A DNA stretch of 64,000 nt, taken from NCBI GenBank assembly GCA_963805975.1, contig CAWDVR010000005.1:224001-288000 (forward strand), written 5' to 3'. This DNA comes from an uncultured Acidobacteriota bacterium. GTDB taxonomy: Bacteria; Acidobacteriota; Thermoanaerobaculia; Multivoradales; SZUA-115. The translations under genes were made by a program, and so were the position numbers. The notes under the pieces were generated by a model. The model did not search any database. It saw only the letters and a list, made by a program, of their open reading frames with translations, and was not told the origin of the DNA. Each line of letters starts with the position of its first letter. The first letter of the stretch is position 1. Shown piece by piece: positions 28,101-37,100 of this stretch.

Positions 28101-31100
28101 GCGCCGCACGCGGTCGCCCGAGCGGTAGAGCCGGCCGCCCCCCGTCACAACGGACTCGGCGGCGAAGGGGTCGGGCAGGAAGCGCTCGGCCGTGGCCGCC
28201 GGCCGCCCGAGATAGCCGCGCGCCACCGAGGCGCCGGCGATCAGCAGCTCACCCGGCGTGCCGAGGCCCACCGGCCGGAGCGCGCGGTCGACGACGTGTA
28301 CTTGGACGTTGGCGAGCGGCCGGCCGAGAGGTACGACGCCCGAGCCGATCAAAGTGGGCTCGGACCGGCCGGCGAGCACGCCGACCGTGGTCTCGGTGGG
28401 GCCGTAGTGGTTGAAGACCTCGCAGCCCGGCGCGCGGCGCGCCAGCTCCTCGGCGAAGCCACGCTCCAGGGCCTCGCCGCCCAGCACCAGGAGACGCCGC
28501 GGCAGCAGGCGCTCCGCGCCGGGCGCTGCGACGAGCGCCGCGAGGTGCGAGGGCACGATCTTGAGCACGTCCGCCGGATGGCGGGAGAAGAGCTCGGCCA
28601 GGGCGTCGCCGTCCGCCAGGCGCTCCTCGCTCACCACGTGCAGGCAGCCGCCGAGCGCCAGCGCGGGGAAGACCACGGTGTGGCCGAGGTCCGCGGCGAA
28701 GGTGGAGACGGTGGCGAAGACCAGGCCGCGCGCGTCGTCCGGCAGGCCCAGGCGGAGGGTCGCGCCGGCCACGTAGGTCGCGAGCTGGCGGTGCTCGACG
28801 GCGACGCCCTTGGGCAGGCCGGTCGAGCCCGAGGTGAAGAGCACGTAGGCCAAGTCCTCGGGTCGCGGGGCGGCGCTCGCACCAGGCGCCCCTCCGTCCC
28901 GCGGCCACTCTTCCTCCAGGCAGAGCGCGCGACCGGCGAGCGCCGCGGGCTCGCTTTCGCCGAGGCGGCCAGCCAGCCGGCGGCTCGAAACCAGCACCGG
29001 GCTGGCGCTCTCTTCGAGCAGCGTTGCGAGGCGCCGCGCCGGCAGGCCGGGGTCGAGCGGCAGGTAGGCGCCGCCGGCCTTCCAGGCCGCGAGCAGCGCC
29101 ACGATGAAGCTCGGTCCCCGTTCGAGGAGCAGCGCCACCGGAACCTCCGGCCCCACGCCCAGCTCGGTGAGCCGGCCGGCCAGGCCCTCGGCCGCGGCGT
29201 CGAGCTCGCCGTAGGAGAGCACCTGCTCCTCGAAGCGCAGGGCCGGTGCCTCCGGGTGGCGCCGTGCGCGCTCCTCGAACTGCGCCAGCACCATCGTGGC
29301 CGTGGCCGGTCGCGCGAAGTCGTTGGCCTCGGTGAGGAGCTGCTGGCGCTCGGCCGCGGTGAAGAGCGGCAGCTCCGCCAGCGGCCGTCCGTCACCCTCG
29401 GCCGCCGCGGCCAGCAGCGCTTCGAAGTGCCGCGCCAAGCGCCGCACGGTGGCGGCGTGGAAGAGGTCCCGCGACGCCACCCAGGTGAGGCCGAGCGCGC
29501 CGCCGCCCGCCTCGGTCACGTAGAGCGTGAGGTCCACCTTGGCCGTCTCGCCCTCGACCTGGAGCGGCGTCACCTCGAGGTCCGGCAGCGAGAGCGAGGG
29601 CAGCGGCGCGTTCTGGAAGACCAGCATCACCTGGAAGAGCGGCGTGCGGCCGAGGCTGCGCTCGGGCGCGAGCGCCTCGACCAGCCGCTCGAAGGGCACG
29701 CTCTGGTGGGCGTGGGCGCCGAGCGTCGCCTCGCGCGCCTGGGTGGTGAGCTCGCCCAGCGCCTGGCCGGGGCGCGGCCGCAGGCGGAGCACCAGGGTGT
29801 TGACGAAGAGCCCGACCAGGCCCTCCGTCTCCAGCCGGTCGCGTCCGGCGACCGGCGTGCCGATCGCCAGGTCGCCCTCGCCCGTAGAGCGGTGGAGGAG
29901 CGCGGCGAAGGCCGCGAGCATGCTCATGAACAGCGTCGCGCCGCCGGCGCGCGCCTGCCGTTCGAGGTCGTGGCGCAGGCCGGCCGGCAACTGGCTGGCG
30001 ACCGCGAGCCCGCGATGGCTGGCGACCGGCGGCCGTGGCCGGTCGGCCGGCAGGTCGAGGGCCGGGGGCAGGCCCGCCAGGCGCTCCCGCCACCAGGCGA
30101 GGTCGGCCTCGAGCTGGGCGCCCGCCAGCCATCGCCGCTGCCAGGCGGCGAAGTCGCCGTAGCGGATGGGAAGCTCGGGAAGGGGGTCCGCCGCCTCGAT
30201 GCCTCGAGGCTCGGCGCCACCTGGAATGGCGTCTTCCCTCCGGACGTAGCGGCCGGGCCCCGTACCGGCCGTGCTCGCCGCGCCGTACAGCGCCCCCACG
30301 TCGCGCACCAGGACGCCCATGGACCAGCCGTCGCAGGCGATGTGGTGCGCGGTGAGGAGCAGCACGTGCTCGGCCTTCTCGCGGCGCACCAGCCGGGCGC
30401 GCAGCAGCGGGCCGCGGGCGAGGTCGAAGGGCCGCGCCGCCTCCCGCCGGGCGAGCCGCACGGTCTCCGCGCCGCGGTCGTCGGCGCCGAGCGGCGAGAG
30501 ATCGATCACCGGGAGGTCCGGAGCTGGTGGTGGCTGCACCACGGCCACGGGCTCGCCGTCTACGGCGCGGAACACGGTGCGGAGCGCGTCGTGGCGCTCG
30601 ACAGCCCCGGCGAGCGCGGTGGCGAGGGCCCGGGGCGCGAGCGATCCCGCGAGCCGCACCGCCGCCGGCACGTTGTAAGAGGTATCACCGGGGTGGAGCT
30701 GGTCCAGGAACCAGAGCCTTTCCTGCGCGAAAGACAGCGGCAGCGACTCTTCGTGCGGCGCACGCTCGATCGGCGGCAGATGCTGGCCGCCCGTATTGAG
30801 GCCGGCTTCGACCGCGGCGGCGAGGCCGGCCACCGTGGGGCGCTCGAACACCGCGGCGAGCGGCAGCTCCACGCCGAAGGCCTGGCGCAGGCGGGAGACC
30901 AGCCGCGCGGCGAGCAGCGAGTGGCCGCCGAGCTCGAAGAAATGGGCCTCGGCGCTCACCTCGGGACGGCCCAGGAGGTCGGCGAAGAGCCCGGCCACCA
31001 GCTCCTCGGCCGGCGTGCGTGGCGCGCGCTCCCCGGCGGCGCCGTCGGTTTCCGGCCGCGGCAGGGCCTTTCGGTCCAGCTTGCCGTTGGGGGTCCGCGG

Positions 31101-34100
31101 CAGGGCGTCGAGCCGCAGGAAGAAGGCCGGCACCATGTAGGCCGGCAGCAGCACGGCGAGGTGGTCGCGGAGGACGCCTGCGTGGAGAGTGGGGCCTTCG
31201 GCCGAGGGTGACCAGTACGCCACGAGCGCCGGCCCGCCGGGCAGATCCTGGCGCAGGGCGACGGCTGCCTCGCGCACCGCCGCGTGCTCGGCGAGGCGGG
31301 CCTCGATCTCGGGGAGCTCGATGCGGAAGCCGCGCAGCTTGACCTGGAAGTCGATCCGGCCCAGGAAGTCGAGACGGCCGTCGGGCAGCCGGCGCACCAG
31401 GTCGCCGGTGGCGTAGAGGCGCGCGCCCGGCGCCGCGGCGAGCGGGTGGGGCACGAAGCGCTCGGCGGTCAGGCCCGGGCGGCCGAGGTAGCCGCGCGCC
31501 AGGCCCACGCCGCCCAGGAAGAGCTGGCCCGGCACGCCGGTGGGCGAAGGCCGGCCGTCGCGGCCCAGCACCAGGCCCTCGCTCCCCGGCAGCGAGCGGC
31601 CGATGGTCACGCGCCGCTCGCCGCGTTCGACGCGGTCGCCGGTCGAGTAGGTGGTGTCCTCGGTCGGGCCGTAGAGGTTGAGCAGGCGGCGCACCTGGGG
31701 ATGGCGGTGGATCTCGGCCGCCAGCTCCGGCCGCAATGGCTCGCCGGCCAGGCACACGGTGGTGAGCGTGTCGGGCAGCGCGCCCTCGGCGAGGCTCGCC
31801 ATGGCGGAGGGCACGGTGTTGAGCAGGGTGACGGCCGCGGCCTCGTCGAGGCCCGGCAGGGCGAGGGCGTCCGCCGCCAGGACGATGCGCCCGCCGTGGG
31901 AGAGCGGCGCGAAGAGCTCGAAGACCGAGAGGTCGAAGTTGATCGACGTGGTAGCGGCGAGGCCGCCGAGCTCGGCGGTGGAGAGGTCGGCCCCTGCCCA
32001 GTCCATGCGGGCCACGGCCGAGCGATGGGTGAGCGCCACTCCCTTGGGCCGGCCGGTCGAGCCGGAGGTGTAGATGACGTAGGCGAGCTGCTCCGGCCGT
32101 ACGTGCGCCGCCGGCATAGCGCCTTCCTCGGAGGGCAACGCGGCTGAGAGGAGCTGGTAGGCGCCGCTCGGCAGCCTGGCCTCGTGGTGCTCCTCGGTCA
32201 GGACGGCGGCCAGGCCCGAGTCCTCCACCAGTAGAGCGAGGCGCTCGGCCGGGTAGGCCGGGTCCAGAGGGACGTAGGCGGCGCCGGCCCGCAGCACGCC
32301 GAGGAGCGCCGCGGGAAGCTCCGGGCGGCGGTCGAGCATCACGCCCACGCGGGCCTCGGGCGCGAGATCGAGGGCCCGGAGCCGCCCAGCCCAGGCGCCG
32401 GCGCGGGTATCGAGGTGGGCGTAGCTCCACTGCTCGCCGCTGCCCGAGATCGCGATGCGCTCGGGCACCAACGCGGCCTGGCGCTCGAAGAGCTGGTGGA
32501 GGCAGAGGTCGGTGCTCGCGAGGCCGTCGCCCTGGGCCCACTCGGCGAGGAGCTGGTGGCGTTCGGGCGGGGCGAGGAGCGGGAGCGAGTCGAGGCTGGC
32601 GCCGGGAGACTCTACGGCAGCGGCGAGCCAGCTCTGCCAGTGGCCCCAGAGGCGGGCGACGGTGGAGGCGTCGAAGAGGTCCGCGCTCCTCTCCACCCAG
32701 CCGCGCACGTGGCCGTCCTCCTCGACCAGGCTCCACAGCAGGTCGAGCTTGGCGGCGCCGTTGGAAAGCTCCAGCCGCTCGGTTTCGAGGCCGGGGACCT
32801 GCCAGCGGCTGGCGTTCTGGAGCGCGAACATCGTCTGCACCAGGGGGTTGCGAGACAGGTCGCGCTCCGGCGCGAGGGCCTCGACCAGGTGCTCGAAGGC
32901 GAGGTCCTGGCGGCCGTAGGCGGCGAGGGCTTCCTCGCGCACCCGCCCGAGCAGCGCCTCGAAGCTCTCGTCACCCCGCACCTCGGCGCGGAGCACCAGG
33001 GTGTTGACGAAGAAACCGATCAGCCCCTCGGTCTCGGCCCGGCCGCGGTTGGCGATCGGCGTGCCGAGGAGAAAACTTCCCTTGCCGGCATGGCGGGCCA
33101 GCACGGCCTCGAAGCCGGCGAGGAGCACCATAAAGAGGGTGGCGCCTTGGGCTCGGCCCAGGCGGCGGAGCTGGCCCACCAGCTCGTCCGAGAGAGCGAA
33201 GGCGGTCTGCTCTCCGCGGTGGGTACCGGAGAGCGGCCGGGGCCGGTCGGCCGGCAGCTCGAGCACGTCCGGCCAGCCCTGGAGGCGCTCTCTCCAGAAG
33301 GCGAGCAGGTCCGCGTGCCAGTCTCCGGCGAAGACTTGTCGCTGCCACACCGCGAAGTCGCCGTACTGGATGGGCAGCTCGGGAAGGGCTTGCTGATCGC
33401 CGCCGTAGATCTCCGCCACCTCGCGCAGCAAAACCTCGACCGACCATCCGTCGCTCGCGATGTGGTGCATCGCGACGACGAGCAGATGCTCCTGCTCTCC
33501 CGACTGCACCAGCCGCACGCGGAGCAGCGGCCCGTGTTGGAGGTCGAAGGGCAACCGCGCCTTGCGCTCGGCGAGCGAGCGGGCGATCTCTCGCCCCTCC
33601 CGCATTGACGCGAGATCGATCAGTGCCAGGTCCGGCCCGCCGGAGGCCAGCACCTGCGCGGGCCTGCCGGCGTGCTCGCGGAACACGGAGCGCAAGGCCT
33701 CGTGGCGTCCGGCCACGTGATGGAACGCCTCGAGCAGGGCGCGGCGGTCGAGGGCACCTGCGAGCCACAGTCCACCGACCACGTTGTAGGCCGCGCTCCC
33801 CGGCTGGAGCTGGTCGAGGAACCACAGCCGCTCCTGCGCGAAGGAGAGCGGCAGCGGCTCGTTGCGCGCGGCACGCTCGATGGACGGCAACCCCTGGCCG
33901 AGCTTTCCGCGCTCTTCCTCCACGAAGGCCGCGAGCCCGGCCACGGTGGGCCGCTCGAAGAGCGTGCGGAGCGGCAGCTCCACCCCCAGGAGCCTTCGGA
34001 GCCGGCTGGCGACGCGGGTGGCGAGGAGGGAGTGCCCGCCGAGGGCGAAGAAGTCGTCGAAGGCGCCGACGCTGTCGGCCCCCAGCACCTCTTCCCAGGC

Positions 34101-37100
34101 CCCGGCGATCAGCTCTTCGAGCGGTGTGCGGGGCGCCACACGCTCGCCTCCGGCCTCGCCCCACGCGGGCTCGGCCCAGGCAGGCTCAGGCAGTGCACGC
34201 CGGTCCACCTTGCCGCTCGGCGTCAGCGGCAAGGCCGCCAGCACCACGAAGCGCGACGGCACCATGGGCTCGGGCAGCCGCCGGCGCAGGTCGGCGGCCA
34301 CGGCCTCGGCGTCGCCGGAGATTGCATCGAGCACCAGATAGGCGGCGAGCGCCGGCCCGGCGGGGCCCGTGCGGAGCGCCACCGCGGCCTCGCGCACGCC
34401 GGGGGTGGCAAGGAGCGCGGACTCGATCTCGCCCAGCTCGATGCGGAAGCCGCGGAGCTTGACCTGGAAGTCGAGGCGCCCCAGGTACTCGATCTCGCCG
34501 GAGGGGAGCGCGCGCGCCAGGTCGCCGGTACGGTACAGGCGCGCACCGGGCTCGCCGCTCACGCCATCGGGCACCCAGCGGTCGGCGGTGAGCCCCGGCC
34601 GGCGGAGGTAGCCGCGGCCGAGCCCCACGCCGCCGATCAGCAGCTCTCCCGGCACGCCGGCCGGCAGCGCCCTGCCGCGGCGATCGAGGATGCGGATCGC
34701 GAGATTGGCGATGGGCCGGCCGATGGGCACCGGGCCTTCCTCGCCGGGCGGGCAGGGGCGGTAGGTGACGTCCACCGCCGCCTCGGTGGGGCCGTAGAGG
34801 TTGTGGAGGCCGACGGCGCGCCCCCCGCCCCCACCCTCGCCACGAGCGGGAGGGAGGGTCTCGGGCTGCGGTGCTCGAGCTCCCTGGCGGGCGGCCTGCG
34901 CTCCTCGCCCGAGACCCTCCCTCCCGCTCGTGGCGGCCCCCACCTGGCTGCCTCGGCCTTCCGGATCGCGAGCGGAAGGAGAGCCCAGCCCACTGTGGAA
35001 GCGGCGCACCAGCTCGCGCGGCAGGGCCTCGCCGCTCGCCATGACGCGGCTGAGAGAGCCGAGGCGGCCCGGCTGCAGCTCGTCGACGAAGGCGGCGAGC
35101 ATCGAGGGCACGAAATGGAGCGTGGTGATCCGCTCGCGCTCGATGAGGTCCGCCAGGTAGCGCGGGTCGCCCTGGCCGCCGGGGCGCGCCAGCACCAGCC
35201 GCGCGCCCACCGCCAGCGGCCAGAAGAACTCCCAGACCGAGACGTCGAAGCTCGCCGGGGTCTTCTGGAGCACGCGGTCGTGCGCGCCGAGGCCGTACTC
35301 CTCCTGCATCCACAGCAGACGGTTGACGATGCCGCGGTGCGAGTTCATCGCTCCCTTGGGCCGGCCGGTCGAGCCCGAGGTGTAGATCACGTAGGCGAGG
35401 CCCTCGGGCGTCACTGCCTCCACGTGCGGGGCCGGGGCCGCCGGCTCGTCTTCGAGGCCCTGGCCGTCGGGGAGGAGCGGTACGAGCGGTGCCGCCGTCG
35501 CGAGGCCGAGGCTGGCCCAGAGATCGGGAGGCGAGAGCACGGCGGTGACGCCGGCGTCCGCCAGCATGTGCTCCAGCCGCTCGGCGGGGTAGGCGGGGTC
35601 GAGGGGAACGTAGGCGCCGCCCGCCTTTTCCACCGCGTAGAGCGCTACCACCAGCTCGAGCGAGCGCTCGGCCGCCACCGCCACCCGCGCCTCGGGCCCC
35701 ACGCCGAGCCGGCGCAGGCGCCTAGCCAGCCGACTGGCCCAGGCGTCGAGGGCGACGTAGGAGAGGGCGCGGTCCTCGAAGGAGATCGCGATGCGCTCGG
35801 GCACCAACGCGGCCTGGCGCTCGAAGAGGTGGTGGAGGCAGAGGTCGGTGCTCGCGAGGCCGTCGCCCTGGGCCCACTCGGCGAGGAGCTGGTGGCGTTC
35901 GGGCGGGGCGAGGAGCGGGAGCGAGTCGAGCCTGGCGCCGGGAGACTCCACGGCAGCGGTGAGCCAGCTCTGCCAGTGGCCCCAGAGCCGGGCGACGGTG
36001 GAGGCGTCGAAGAGGTCCGCGCTCCTCTCGACCCAGCCGCGCACGTGGCCGTCCTCCTCGACCAGGCTCCACAGCAGGTCGAGCTTGGCGGCGCCGTTCG
36101 AGAGATCGAGGCGCTCGGTTTCGAGGCCGGGGACCTGCCAGCGGCTGGCGTTCTGGAGCGCGAACATCGTCTGCACCAGGGGGTTGCGAGACAGGTCGCG
36201 CTCCGGCGCGAGGGCCTCGACCAGGTGCTCGAAGGCGAGGTCCTGGCGGCCGTAGGCGGCGAGGGCTTCCTCGCGCACCCGCCCGAGCAGCGCCTCGAAG
36301 CTCTCGTCACCCCGCACCTCGGCGCGGAGCACCAGGGTGTTGACGAAGAAACCGATCAGCCCCTCGGTCTCGGCCCGGCCGCGGTTGGCGATCGGCGTGC
36401 CGAGGAGAAAACTTCCCTTGCCGGCATGGCGGGCCAGCACGGCCTCGAAGCCGGCGAGGAGCACCATAAAGAGGGTGGCGCCTTGGGCTCGGCCCAGGCG
36501 GCGGAGCTGGCCCACCAGCTCGTCCGAGAGAGCGAAGGCGGTCTGCTCTCCGCGGTGGGTGCCGGCCAAAGGCCGGGGCCGGTCGGCCGGCAGCTCGAGC
36601 ACGTCCGGCCAGCCCTGGAGGCGCTCTCTCCAGAAGGCGAGCAGGTCCGCGTGCCAGTCTCCGGCGAAGACTTGTCGCTGCCACACCGCGAAGTCGCCGT
36701 ACTGGATGGGCAGCTCGGGAAGGGCTTGCTGATCGCCGCCGTAGATCTCCGCCACCTCGCGCAGCAAAACCTCGACCGACCATCCGTCGCTCGCGATGTG
36801 GTGCATCCCGACGACGAGCAGATGCTCCTGCTCTCCCGACTGCACCAGCCGCACGCGGAGCAGCGGCCCGTGCTGGAGATCGAAGGGTAGCCGCGCCTCG
36901 CGCTCGGCGAGAGCGCGGGCGATCTCTCGCCCCTCCCGCATCGACGCGAGATCGATCAGCGCCAGGTCCGGCCCGCCGGAGGCCAGCACCTGCACGGGCC
37001 TGCCGGCTTCCTCGCGGAACACCGAGCGCAAGGCCTCGTGGCGGTCGGCCACCTGGCGGAACGCCTCGAGCAGGGCGCGGCAGTCGAGGGCACCTGCGAG

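Noticed and set aside
30180-30280. Roughly 25-aa insertion in the C domain of module 5
   Set aside because: No clear repeat or palindrome, and it lies in a normally variable loop, so it was not called as an element.
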